A DNA stretch of 64,000 bases, taken from Octopus sinensis. Taxonomy: Eukaryota. Shown piece by piece: positions 51,201 through 60,249 of the stretch (its first letter is position 1; each line of letters begins with the position of its first letter). The stretch lies in the NCBI RefSeq assembly GCF_006345805.1, contig NC_042999.1, positions 87,296,001 to 87,360,000 of the forward strand. Reading direction: 5' to 3'. The translations under genes were made by a program, and so were the position numbers. The notes beneath the pieces are model-generated. The model saw only the letters and a program-made list of their open reading frames with translations, did not search any database and was not told the origin of the DNA.

Positions 51201-51936
51201 TCTCTATGGAATTTTATTTTTCTGATATGTTACTAGATATTTCTCTGTCATACTGTCTCTTTCTTTTCCTGTTTTTGTACTATATTTTTTATTGATTATA
51301 TATTTTTGCTTTTTGTTTCAGTCATCAACGCAGACCAATGACACTGTTATACCAAATTTTAATTCTTCATCGAACAAGTTCATCATTGAAGCTGCCTCTC
51401 CAGTGATTCCAAAATATGTTAACAAGGCATTTACTCCACAATTTAACATGCACTCGTTTTTCAAGTCTAATCCACGTAGTCATGTGATGCCGTCTTCAAT
51501 GAGCAGAAGTTCATGTAAAGTAAGACCGATGGAACAAAATCTGGTCAATGATTCCAACAATCAGCTCATGCCATACAATAGTGCACCAGCACAACATTCC
51601 TTATCCATTGCTAGCAGTGCTACAAGTAATAATTTCAATAAAGGAGTGTCTTGTAGTGCTATTTGCAGCAGCAGTGAGAGCAGTATTACCAGTGATCCTT
51701 ACAAAATGAACATGTCCCGAAAACGGCGTTTTAACAACTACAGCTTTGATAATTGCATTGATATGAATAGCAATTGCAAGCAACAAACTCTTGTGTCTCT
51801 TTTTGCTAAAAATACTGTCAATAGGCTGGAGAGTCCACTAGTAACTGGCCAGCAGTGTCCAGTATGCAGCATGAATTTTGAGCTGGGCACCACTAATGAT
51901 CAGATCAATGCTCATGTTGATAACTGTCTTTTGTAA
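1390..51936 (+). CDS. SBNO-like: Strawberry-notch family SF2 helicase-like protein (SBNO/FORGETTER1-like paralogue); 5'-partial, 25 exons in window
   Basis: Exons join with consistent phases and GT-AG ends: 1390-1505, 3657-3709, 4244-4307, 5256-5346, 7300-7379, 8767-8834, 9790-9900, 10334-10427, 11473-11589, 14270-14358, 15551-15722, 17434-17494, 18064-18193, 18995-19080, 19978-20093, 20240-20320, 22309-22443, 23242-23303, 25414-25515, 29206-29379, 30388-30470, 49555-49638, 50114-50219, 51018-51171, 51322-51936. Family motifs: [102 protein letters not shown]. Confidence 0.95.
1880..2737 (+). mobile_element. Young retroposon (SINE or RTE-type 3' end) with internal 11 x ~60-bp tandem array and (GAT)n tail
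   Basis: Tandem units 1901-2573, then the family 3' segment gagtggttggcgttaggaagggcatccagcc...catgctagcatggaaaacggacgctaaacgatgatgatg; CpGs intact. Confidence 0.85.
3657..3709 (+). CDS. SBNO-like exon
   Basis: tag|...|gtaaat; [18 protein letters not shown]. Confidence 0.9.
4244..4307 (+). CDS. SBNO-like exon, motif III (SAT)
   Basis: cag|...|gtaaga; [21 protein letters not shown]. Confidence 0.93.
4716..5026. mobile_element. hAT-type MITE
   Basis: Terminal inverted repeats caagggttttc / gagaacccctg; 8-bp target-site duplication ggataaat / gggtaaat. Confidence 0.75.
5256..5346 (+). CDS. SBNO-like exon
   Basis: tag|...|gtaaat; [30 protein letters not shown]. Confidence 0.93.
5455..5762 (+). 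mobile_element. (GAT)n-tailed SINE-like retroposon
   Basis: Same 3' segment as the 2575-2737 copy, ending gacgttaaatgatgatgatg. Confidence 0.85.
6540..6998 (+). mobile_element. (GAT)n-tailed SINE-like retroposon with internal duplicated units
   Basis: Repeated gtaaaagcac units plus the family 3' end. Confidence 0.85.
7300..7379 (+). CDS. SBNO-like exon
   Basis: cag|...|gtaaat; [27 protein letters not shown]. Confidence 0.93.
8767..8834 (+). CDS. SBNO-like exon
   Basis: cag|...|gtatat; [23 protein letters not shown]. Confidence 0.88.
8988..9194 (-). mobile_element. TTAA (piggyBac-type) MITE, family A, degenerate
   Basis: Reverse-complement similarity to the 35422-35650 and 17612-17823 copies. 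Confidence 0.7.
9790..9900 (+). CDS. SBNO-like exon
   Basis: cag|...|gtaagt; [37 protein letters not shown]. Confidence 0.93.
10334..10427 (+). CDS. SBNO-like exon
   Basis: cag|...|gtaagt; [31 protein letters not shown]. Confidence 0.93.
10525..10825 (+). mobile_element. (GAT)n-tailed SINE-like retroposon
   Basis: Family 3' segment and tail. Shorter fragments near 8290-8468, 12356-12484, 26178-26310, 37190-37236, and on the minus strand near 31518-31670 and 39505-39740. Confidence 0.85.
10920..11073. repeat. Long inverted repeat / fold-back MITE-like element
   Basis: ~50-bp arms tttgggaaaaactgttatatgctagaaaatatgcatgttaatttccattt and its near-perfect reverse complement. Confidence 0.8.
11473..11589 (+). 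CDS. SBNO-like exon
   Basis: tag|...|gtaagt; [39 protein letters not shown]. Confidence 0.9.
13908..14120 (+). mobile_element. CORE-type SINE, degenerate
   Basis: gactttgcctttcatccttttggggctgataaaataaatatcagtcaaatactgggg core-like segment. Confidence 0.6.
14270..14358 (+). CDS. SBNO-like exon
   Basis: cag|...|gtataa; [30 protein letters not shown]. Confidence 0.88.
15091..15323. mobile_element. Palindromic MITE with long terminal inverted repeats
   Basis: ~95-bp near-perfect arms starting tattgtgtctggggagagtcattttctttttgtg and ending cacaaaaagaaaatgactttccccagacacaata. Confidence 0.85.
15551..15722 (+). CDS. SBNO-like exon, start of C-terminal helicase domain
   Basis: cag|...|gtaagt; [27 protein letters not shown]...LESLNVNE. 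Confidence 0.94.
16428..16630 (-). mobile_element. 5'-truncated CR1/L2-like LINE 3' end with (ATT)n tail
   Basis: Minus strand reads [27 protein letters not shown], then a short UTR and a microsatellite tail. Confidence 0.8.
17434..17494 (+). CDS. SBNO-like exon
   Basis: cag|...|gtgaga; [20 protein letters not shown]. Confidence 0.93.
17612..17823 (+). mobile_element. TTAA MITE, family A
   Basis: ttaagcctttagcattt ... gaatgctgaaaggttaa; similar to 35422-35650. Confidence 0.8.
18064..18193 (+). CDS. SBNO-like exon, motifs V-VI
   Basis: cag|...|gtaagt; [43 protein letters not shown]. Confidence 0.95.
18995..19080 (+). CDS. SBNO-like exon
   Basis: cag|...|gtaaat; [28 protein letters not shown]. 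Confidence 0.93.
19184..19431. repeat. Two-copy tandem duplication, ~125-bp unit
   Basis: taatttatatttaata...aatatttaatgaaaatagg...taaaattcaa occurs twice with substitutions. Confidence 0.8.
19978..20093 (+). CDS. SBNO-like exon
   Basis: tag|...|gtgagt; [39 protein letters not shown]. Confidence 0.94.
20240..20320 (+). CDS. SBNO-like exon
   Basis: cag|...|gtttga; [27 protein letters not shown]; phase 0/0. Confidence 0.85.
21571..21965 (-). mobile_element. Non-autonomous Helitron
   Basis: Minus strand starts A|TC(tttatatataaaag), ends with hairpin cccgagcaacgccggg then CTAA|T; no TSD. Confidence 0.8.
21973..22175. mobile_element. TTAA MITE, family B
   Basis: ttaatccttttgatacca ... tgataacaaaagggttaa; second copy at 34075-34301. 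Confidence 0.8.
22309..22443 (+). CDS. SBNO-like exon
   Basis: tag|...|gtaatt; [12 protein letters not shown]...[20 protein letters not shown]. Confidence 0.92.
23242..23303 (+). CDS. SBNO-like exon
   Basis: cag|...|gtaagt; [21 protein letters not shown]. Confidence 0.92.
25414..25515 (+). CDS. SBNO-like exon
   Basis: tag|...|gtaagt; [34 protein letters not shown]. Confidence 0.9.
25800..26760 (-). mobile_element. Degenerate RTE-type LINE fragment (endonuclease region), interrupted by a SINE 3' end
   Basis: Minus strand reads [17 protein letters not shown], resembling the APE YAPQ...K..FY motif; boundaries approximate. Confidence 0.55.
29206..29379 (+). CDS. SBNO-like exon
   Basis: tag|...|gtttgt; [16 protein letters not shown]...GFYLSK...NIFKVVR. 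Confidence 0.92.
30388..30470 (+). CDS. SBNO-like exon, before the 19-kb intron
   Basis: tag|...|gtaaat; [27 protein letters not shown] (RPNTG motif spans the junction). Confidence 0.92.
32450..33340 (-). mobile_element. Degenerate RTE-type LINE reverse-transcriptase fragments
   Basis: Minus strand reads [27 protein letters not shown], resembling RT AIF..RQLQEK...AFVDLEKAF; boundaries approximate. Confidence 0.6.
34075..34301. mobile_element. TTAA MITE, family B
   Basis: ttaacccttttactacca ... tggcaacagaaggg; similar to 21973-22175. Confidence 0.75.
35422..35650. mobile_element. TTAA MITE, family A
   Basis: Terminal inverted repeats ttaaccctttagtgtt / aacactaaagggttaa. Confidence 0.88.
35874..36304 (+). 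mobile_element. 5'-truncated RTE-clade LINE with (TGA)n tail
   Basis: [11 protein letters not shown]...RRVQFAGHC...DREVWR (one in-frame stop); 11-bp TSD ttcccttaaac / ttccctcaaac. Confidence 0.88.
38118..38483 (+). mobile_element. tRNA-derived SINE, near full length, degenerate
   Basis: tRNA-like head similar to 61562-61680; gggcatccagctgtagaaa segment; (GAT)n tail. Confidence 0.75.
49555..49638 (+). CDS. SBNO-like exon, Cys/His cluster
   Basis: tag|...|gttttg; [28 protein letters not shown]; phase matches the exon ending at 30470. Confidence 0.88.
50114..50219 (+). CDS. SBNO-like exon
   Basis: tag|...|gtaggt; [35 protein letters not shown]. Confidence 0.9.
51018..51171 (+). CDS. SBNO-like exon
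   Basis: aag|...|gttagt; [41 protein letters not shown]... Confidence 0.88.
51322..51936 (+). CDS. SBNO-like terminal exon: Ser/Asn-rich tail with PIP boxes, NLS and UBZ-type zinc finger
   Basis: cag| acceptor after a pyrimidine tract; open for 204 codons to TAA; contains [20 protein letters not shown] and CPVC-x15-H-x3-C. Confidence 0.88.
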   Translation, partial: SSTQTNDTVIPNFNSSSNKFIIEAASPVIPKYVNKAFTPQFNMHSFFKSNPRSHVMPSSMSRSSCKVRPMEQNLVNDSNNQLMPYNSAPAQHSLSIASSATSNNFNKGVSCSAICSSSESSITSDPYKMNMSRKRRFNNYSFDNCIDMNSNCKQQTLVSLFAKNTVNRLESPLVTGQQCPVCSMNFELGTTNDQINAHVDNCLL

Positions 51937-52048
51937 CAGGCAACTAACTCATTTTTTTTAAGTTATTCAAAATTGAAAGAAGAAAACATGGAAAAAGGAA
52001 CGGCACATTTTTTTTTGTTGAATTTTAGTATTGAAGGAGACATACGTA

Positions 52049-52054
52049 AATAAA
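52049..52054 (+). promoter_or_regulatory. Candidate polyadenylation signal
   Basis: AATAAA about 115 nt after the stop, followed by a GT/T-rich element near 52097-52115. Confidence 0.4.
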
Positions 52055-55000
52055 CCTAACACTTATATAACATTAAATACTAATTTAAATTAAAAGTTTG
52101 TGTTGTTGTTTTTTATTTAGATATTGTGTTCTGAGAGAGAGAGAGAGAGAGAGAGCAATTGCTTGCAGGGACAAATTAACCTGCTTTTTTTATAAACAAA
52201 AATGAATAAGGGAACACTTCTCCTGAATCTATTTCTTTTGACGTAGTGGTGTATTGTATTAGGTTACATCTCACAGTGTTTAGTGTTGACTCCAGTTTCA
52301 TATGTACAAATTTGGATATCTTTACTAGAAACTTGCAGGTCAGGTCTCTTCCCCACCACCAAATTAGAGAAAAAAAAATTTGGTTGAGTGCTATTTGCTG
52401 CAATCCTATAATTTGTTTGTCAAAACAATTCCGTCAGTGTACAGCTGCAGGACAGACATTTGTCAGAATGGTGTGTATGTGTGTGAGATGTTCATGTATA
52501 TATGAGAATGTGTGTATCTATATATAATACTGGTAAACATTGGGAAGTTGATGTCATGGAATTACTAATTCTGTAGCCCTCTTAATACTGCAGTATTAGT
52601 TCCAATGTGCAGATATTAAACTTTTGCTGAGCTGATTAGCTCTGTCTACTGAGCATATGGTTGAAATGACTAATATCTTGTCACCATTGCTGCACTGGCT
52701 TATTCTTACTAAATTTTCTAGCTATAAATGGGTACCATTTGAATTATATCCTTTTACTGTAGGGAGTAGGACTTTAGTTAACATGTATGCTCTAAGTTTG
52801 CAGTGCTGAGTTCAAGTCTTGCTTTGAGTTAAGAGAAGGTAGTTTGAAGTATTATATCAGATTACATCAATAGCTATAAACAGACTATAAATCACTTCAG
52901 TGAAGATTGCTATTTAATATCATATTAAATTTACAAGCCTCCCCAACTAAAATTCCACAATGATAACATATTGTAAGTTGGTTATATATTATTTTAATAT
53001 TACAAGTTATTACTAGAGTACTGTAGATTTACATAAGTCAGTTGTTTTGTATACACATATTGTAGAGGAATGGAAATATTATTTAGCCACAGGTCAACCC
53101 TGATCAAGCAAACTTATGATTGAAGGTATCCCACCCATGATCACCCTTTCTGTTTTTTACAGTTATGTCTAGTAGTATACTAATCCAAGGGAACCATATA
53201 TAAAACTGAAGTGTAATTTGAATTGATAGAAATATCAGGCAGGTTAAGTGTTTACTTGTTATTAATAAATTCTATTCACTGCTAATGCTATACACCAATC
53301 ATACAATGGTTAGTCCACATTACTCCGTAAGGAGCATAGTGCTGGTTTCCCAGTTTATCTGGCATATATATTCCTTTCTGGACAGGAATTGAAACCACAA
53401 TCTTAGTCATGAGCCCAACACTGTAATGACAAAGTCACTGCCTCCACACAATTATACTATACTCTACACCAGAAAAGACTAACCATATTTCTAAAAATAT
53501 TTTTTCTTAGTTTTGTAAATCATAGATCCATATCAAATTGGTTCAAATTCCACTGGTTCCTATCTTGATTGATAAACTAAATACCAGTTATGTACACTGG
53601 CCTTGGTACAACAATTATTTTTTGAGACATTCCATGAAGAAGACTAATCTGAATCTATTTGGTTTCTAACATCTAAAAGGAGCTGATGGTTTTTGGTGTC
53701 AATATTTGTTTCCTATGATCTCTCATTGTTTTACAAATGTATCCTATTAATCCTAGTTTATTCTCTTCCTGTAAGTGTTTGTTCACACCTCATTTTATTG
53801 ATAACATAAAACTTTTGATACAGAATAAAATATCTTTGATGTGAATGGAGAGCCTCTTCCACATCAGCAATACTAGAAAGGAAGAAAGTATTTTGTATTG
53901 CTGTCTATTATTGAGCTATTTTGTTTAGTCTTGGTCTTTCTCACTACCTTTTCTGTCTCACATACACATACTTGTTTCAAATGGAATTAGTAGACATAGG
54001 TGAGAGGTTCATACGCAAAGTATTGATTCTTTCAGATATTGTTTTACAGCATTTTTTATATGAATAATACAATCAAATGAACCACCTAAAATCTGAAATT
54101 CCATTTAATATCGAACCAGTTTCTCTTCTGTAGACTATGCAGAACTTTATAGAATCTTTAATACAATGGTTTTTTTCCCCCCAATTTGACTAAACCATTA
54201 CATTTTTCTAATTTAATCTTACAAATCTGTTGATTGCAGATGAACAAAGATACATAGTTTGTAAGTTTCATGCTGTCAATGTTATTTGAAGTGAGATTTG
54301 CTTAAAGATCAGTCAAATGAGCATTCATTATTTTGCCTCACATAAAATATATTGAATTTTACATAACGAATTAGGATGATTCTTCTGTTTCTATAAATTG
54401 ACTTATTGCAGACATTAATCTTATACTTTGTTAACCTCTTCACATCCAAGTTTGGTTATTTCGATTTAGCTTTTTGTCTAACAATCTCATGTGCTGTAGC
54501 ATGTTCAGATCCAAACTGACAGCAAATAAATCAACTAAGCTTAGATGTTAGCTAGAACTGCACTCTTTGTTCCCCAGAGTTTAATGATCAATAATTTGTT
54601 GGGTAGTGAGTCGAGTTTCTGTCTTTCTGATTATCATTTCAACTGACATGGTTAGAAATAACTTCCTCGTTTCACTGAGGTTTACTCAATTTCTCGCGTC
54701 AGTGAAGTGCTTGTATGAATATTTGAAAATACGAGTATCTATTAAGATAGTTTTTGTTTATTAACTTTCAGTGAATGAATACATTGTGTGAGCATCTAAA
54801 AATATTACTTTTGAAGACCAAACTAGTCACATATTTCCATATATCACTAAATATGAAGACCTTTGTCTTTTTTAATTTTTTTTTACAAAATTCATGGTTT
54901 TAGACGATATCATTTGGCTACATTTTATGTAGGATATTTTACTGAGCATAGTCAAACCAAATACTTTCACACTGTTTAAGTTAATTTACAAACAGAAAAT

Positions 55001-55960
55001 AAGGATTATTGGTCCTGCCCTGATTTCAGCAGATATATATATATGTACACCTGAACAAAGTATTTGAAGAGAAACTCTCCATCAGAAATGGATTGTCTTT
55101 ATTTTATTCAAAAGCACCTTTATTGAACAAGTATATTGTCCAATTTTCAAAATACAAAGAGCATTTAGGTTGTTAGTAATAATAATAAAAAATTGAAAAA
55201 CATTCTTTTATGAATTCTGAAAATAAGATATTGAAAATATTTGCATTATAAATTTTATATATATCAATGGAAAAATTGAGAGGATTTGAAACCTTTGAAT
55301 TATGATACACAATGTTATAGTTTCTTATTAGTTGCACATAATCAGTTTTGTTTTCAAAATTCAAAAAGCGTAATCTTCATATTCAAAATGTATTGTATTC
55401 GAGACTGAAAATGGTCATTGGAGCTAATGCTTTTTCCATTTGTAATTTTTGACCGCTCTCATATCATTACCCGTACATATTTGAATGACATCCTGCTAGG
55501 ATTTGAACCTTGTACTTACTTTTGTACTTACTTGTACTTGCGTCGGCGTTCACCCAAGATGAATTGAGCCGGTTCCAGTCAGTGAATCCACAACATCACA
55601 AACAAAATGACCATATTCTGCGATCACGGACACTCTACGTGGAAATCGTCAACTAGTGGCGATTTAAACAACGGACACTTTATATGCGAGGACAAATACT
55701 GATTAAAGATCCGACTTGATTGTACTAGTCCCCGTTTCTAGCTTCCCACCACGCCATTACGACATCTTAACAACGTTAACAGTGCATTTGCATCCGTGGA
55801 AATGCGGTGAAAAATTAGGCGAAACTATCAAAGAAATCGTCCAAAATACATGAATCACATTGAAAGAAGAAAGAGCTCTCATCGATTGCAAGCTCTCGCT
55901 GGTGTCACTAGATCAAAACTGTCAAAGACTGCCATCGCATTATTTTACTCTGTTAACTAC

Positions 55961-56767
55961 CCCCTTAATGGATTATCCCGAGTTTACTCGTGCATCGCAA
56001 ATGTATATTTTTAGAACCAGACAAGTATACTCGGTCAAAATTAACTTTTAATTTTAGCACTCAAACAAGTTTATTTGTTTTGTGTCGTTTCATTTTTGAG
56101 CAATCACGAATTTACTCGTCGAAAAAATTTGTGTGGGAAAAAATATAAAAAAGAATTTTTCATTTGATGGATTTGGCTATCTGGAATGCTTATGTTTTGT
56201 ATAAAGCATCTGGAAACCCCAGCTTCTGCTATGAAATCGCTGAAAATTAGAATGCAAATAATCACCAAGAATTATTGAAAAATATAGGCCCTTATTGCCT
56301 CCCACGAAACCAGGAAGACCATCATCGATCCCACATCCAACAAGATTTGCCCCAGCTGGTCACTTTCCCATGGAGATACCTCCAAGTGATTAGAAAAAGA
56401 ACCCTACAAAACAGTGTGCGAAATGCGCAGAGAAGAGAGACGCTAAAGCAAAGAAGATTCGAAGAGAAAGCAGATACATGTGTGATGTCTGCAAGAAAAC
56501 TTCGTGTGTAACTCCTTGTTTTCCAGTGATTTAAAAGCAATACGTCTTATAAAAAATCGAAGTTAGTTAAGATATATGTATTTTTTCAATGTCCGAGTTA
56601 ACTCGTTTAAATCCAAATGAGTAAAAGTATAATTTAATTTCTATAATAAAAAATAAAGGAAACCCCTTTTTTTGTAATTAACACTGTATATAATTAAAAA
56701 AAGGAAATTAAAAAATATGCTCTGAAATGAAACGTCAAAATGTCAAAATAATTGACCCTTTAAGGGG
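55961..56767 (+). mobile_element. Internally deleted piggyBac element with transposase C-terminal relic
   Basis: Ends ccccttaa ... ttaagggg|ttaa. Frameshifted relics FHLMDLAIWNAYVLYK and KQCAKC...RRESRYMCDVCKKTSCVTPCF (piggyBac Cys-rich domain). Confidence 0.85.
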
Positions 56768-57976
56768 TTAATGCAGAACTGAATAATTACTTATAGATAA
56801 TAAGCAAGATGTACTTAGCGCCCTGTGCTGTATCGTCATCAATTCTTATGTGTGAAATGATTCAGAGGAGCACAATCAATGTTTGTCCGGATCCATTAAC
56901 GACAGAAAAGCCAACTTATGTAAAGTTTATCACGGACTACTCGTAGACCTAAGTATTAGGCTAGTACTGTATATATATCGACCACAAGCGAATGAATGAT
57001 ACCTTGCAGTAGACTGGAACGAACACCGCAAGGGGCATTGTGTCCAACGTTCTAACGATTCTGCGACTTAGCTACTTCGCTTGAATAAATAATTATGTAT
57101 ATAGATTGCTTACCAACCACATGGTTTATAATTACTTGCCTTCTGACATCAATTTCGCTTCATTTGTTAAAATTTCATGTTTACACAACAACAGGTTTTT
57201 CTGTGATAAGTGCAGAAAATTCAGTTATGCATTTCAATAATATTCTAAAGCAGAATGTTAGCTTAGTAGACAAATTAATTGGAAAAATCAGTAAAATTCA
57301 TTGTTTTACGCAAATTAGTTTTCTACGGCTTTAATTAAACTTGTATAAATTGTATTTCTTGTGGAAATGGGTTTCAAGGACTAGTAATATGCCAAGGTGA
57401 AAATGTTTTTGCGATGGTGTGTGTGTGGTAAACACTAAGTCTATACCTCATGAACTCAAACTAGGGGAATACCTTACATACCCTCTATTTCTACCACCAA
57501 TTTTAACTACACAAGCATCTGCAAAACCAAATCTTGCACACACATACATATACGCACGAGCGCGCATGCACACACACAAATACACGCCCACACCAACATA
57601 CACATACAACACTCTGGAGTATAGCCTGGGGTATAACCATTCTATATCCAAGCATTTGGTTGGAGATTTCAGCGAGACCGTCTCTCCGTCTCTCTCTCTC
57701 TTTCACCGGAAAGCAATTTGTACACTTAACAACTCTATATTTGCAAAGCTGCAAGAAGTCTCTGTTCATGAAAATTTGCCAAAATTAGAAGGCTTTTAAT
57801 GTCGATGTGACAATTTTAATCAACAGAATTAAGTTTGAAGAATATCCAAAGTCCAGTAATCTGAATTTTGCTTAGGGCGTTTTCTCTCGAAATATCAGTT
57901 ACACAAAGAATTTAGTACGGAAAGAGATGAAGCAATTTGCTTAACAAATATACGTTCTGTTTGCATTAGTTAAATA

Positions 57977-59125
57977 ACTAGCTGAGGTACCCGGTAATAA
58001 ATTACTGCGAATGAGATGTCTGTTTATAGCCATGAAACATTTTTCGCCAAATTTCAACATTTTTCGAAAATTTAAAATCTATATCAATGGATAGGACCAA
58101 TTTGACGAAAAAATGAGTAGAGTCTGGTAGCAAACCTGTGTCGTTGTCATTTTTGTGCATGTGTGAAATTTTACGCTTTGGGGCAGATTTCGTGAAATTG
58201 ATGTCACGACGGCTAGTGTGCAAAATGCCTAAATTTTGCTTGAGAAATAAAATGCTCTTACCCATTCAAAACCTGAAACGCTGGGGAATTAAAATAACGA
58301 ATTGAGATAGTAAGTTTTAGCAAATCAAAATGCTAAATCGTGGCGCTCCGTCGGTTACGAAGACGAGGGTTCCAGTTGATCCGATCAACGGAACAGCCTG
58401 CTCGTGAAATTAACGTATAAGTGGCTGAGCACTCCACAGACAAGTGTATTCTTAACGTAGTTCTCGGCGTGATTCAGCGTGACAAGACTGGCCCTTTGAA
58501 ATACAAGTACAACAGAAACAGGAAGAAAGGGTGAGAGAAAGTTGTGGTGAAAGAGTACAGCAGGGTTGACCACCACCCTCTGCTTGGAGATCGTGGAGCT
58601 TTAGGTGTTTTCGCTCAATAGACACTCACAACGCTCGGTCTGGGAATCGAAACCACAATCCTATGACCGCGAGCCAGCTGCCCTAACGACTGGGTCATTG
58701 CGTCTCCAAATGCTAAATAGATTACCGTTAATAAGATGTTTGTTGATAACCATGAAACATTTTTCGTTAAATATCGGCATTTTTCAAAAAATTAAAATCT
58801 GTATTAATGGGTAGGACCAACTTGACGGAAAAATGAGCAGAGTCTGGTAGCGAACCCGTGTCGTCGTCTTTTTTGTGCACGTGCGTAAAATGGCGAAATT
58901 TTACGCTTTGGGATAGATTTTGTCAAATTGATGTCACGGACAGATAGCGCGCAAAATGCCTAAATTTTAGTTGAGAAATAAAATGCTCTTACCCAATGAA
59001 ATCCTGAAACGCTGTGGAATTAAAACAACGAATTGAACTAATATGTTTAAGCAAGTCAAAATAATTCGCATTGAAATAAAGAATTAGCAAATGCTAAATA
59101 GATTACCGTTAGTAAGCTGTCTGTT
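57977..59125. repeat. Tandem ~380-bp repeat (two full units plus start of a third), possibly inside a Helitron-like element
   Basis: catgaaacatttttcg...gagtctggtagc...aaaatgctcttaccca occurs at about 58030 and 58750; left end actagctgaggtacccgg. Confidence 0.75.
58339..58708 (-). mobile_element. tRNA-derived SINE, full length
   Basis: Minus-strand head tggagacgcaatgacccagtcgttagg...ggtttcgattccc with B-box-like motif; TSD aatgctaaat on both sides. Confidence 0.88.
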
Positions 59126-59131
59126 TATATA

Positions 59132-59194
<63 letters not shown>

Positions 59195-59202
<8 letters not shown>

Positions 59203-59345
59203 ATATGTTTGTGCGTGTGTTTGTCGCCCCAACATCGCTTGACAACCGATGTTGGAGTGTTTACGTCCCCGTAACATAGCGGTTCGGAAAAAATGACCGA
59301 TAAAATAAGTACTAGGCTTACAAAGAATAAGTCCTGGGGTCTTGG
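59195..59345 (+). mobile_element. SINE fragment
   Basis: catcgcttgacaaccgatgttgg...gataaaataagtactagg segment after a TA/TG microsatellite. Confidence 0.6.
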
Positions 59346-59383
59346 GATCTATATGAGCAACGATGCCTTGTTTCACATGTATG

Positions 59384-60102
59384 TCACCAAGATGGTGGCA
59401 GTGTGCAGGAAAATGGCTGGATGGATTCTGTATAGCTAGCAAGGGTGGCTATCTGAGTAGCTGAGGGAATGTCTGAGAGGGCCACTATGAATAGTAGTGA
59501 CCCTAGGACAGTGCCCTGTGGAACACCACTTGCTATTTGTGTTTCCTTGGAGGTGGCTCCATTGGTCACCACTGCCTGACGACTAACTTTTAGAAAGTCG
59601 TGCAGCCGCTCTTCAAGTTTTCCGCCTATGCCGAGATCACGCAGTTTGTGACATATCATACCATAATCGACTTTATCAAAGGTTTTTGCAAAGTCGAGAT
59701 ATATCACATCCATACTTGATCATTTAGCTGCTGTTTTAACATCTAGTCGTAGTGTTACAAAAGCTGTGTTGGACAGCTTCTACCCATGCTGGGTGTCAGT
59801 CAGCATGTCATTTTCTTCAAGGAAGACGATTAGTTTTTTGCGGACTATTCGTTCCATGACTTTGCTGATGTGTGAAGTTAGAGAGATAGACCAATAATTT
59901 TTAGTATCTACTCTGCTTCCTCCCTTATGGATAGGGCATATTATCCGTTTCTTCAGTTTATCTGAAAGCTCTGAAAAAGAAGTTGCAGTGGTTTTGCAAG
60001 TGTTCGCTTGTACGATTGAAAAGGACCGCTGGAAATCCACCAGGGCCAGCAGCTGAGTTTGTGTCAATCTCATCTGTGTCCAGTGTTACATCTCTTCAAA
60101 GT

Positions 60103-60107
<5 letters not shown>
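59384..60107 (-). mobile_element. CR1/Jockey-like LINE reverse-transcriptase fragment
   Basis: Minus strand reads PIHKGGSR...ISLTSHISKVMERIV, DVIYLDFAKTFDKVD and SGVPQGTVLG. Confidence 0.9.
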
Positions 60108-60177
<70 letters not shown>

Positions 60178-60249
60178 ACACATATATACACATATATGTA
60201 TTTACACACGCATACACACACACACATATATACATACACACATATATAC

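Noticed and set aside
55505-55950. Possible minus-strand first exon in CpG-rich sequence (gtaagt donors near 55515-55531)
   Set aside because: The donor-like motifs lie in a short tandem tgtactt repeat and the adjacent frames contain stops; more likely a TE fragment.
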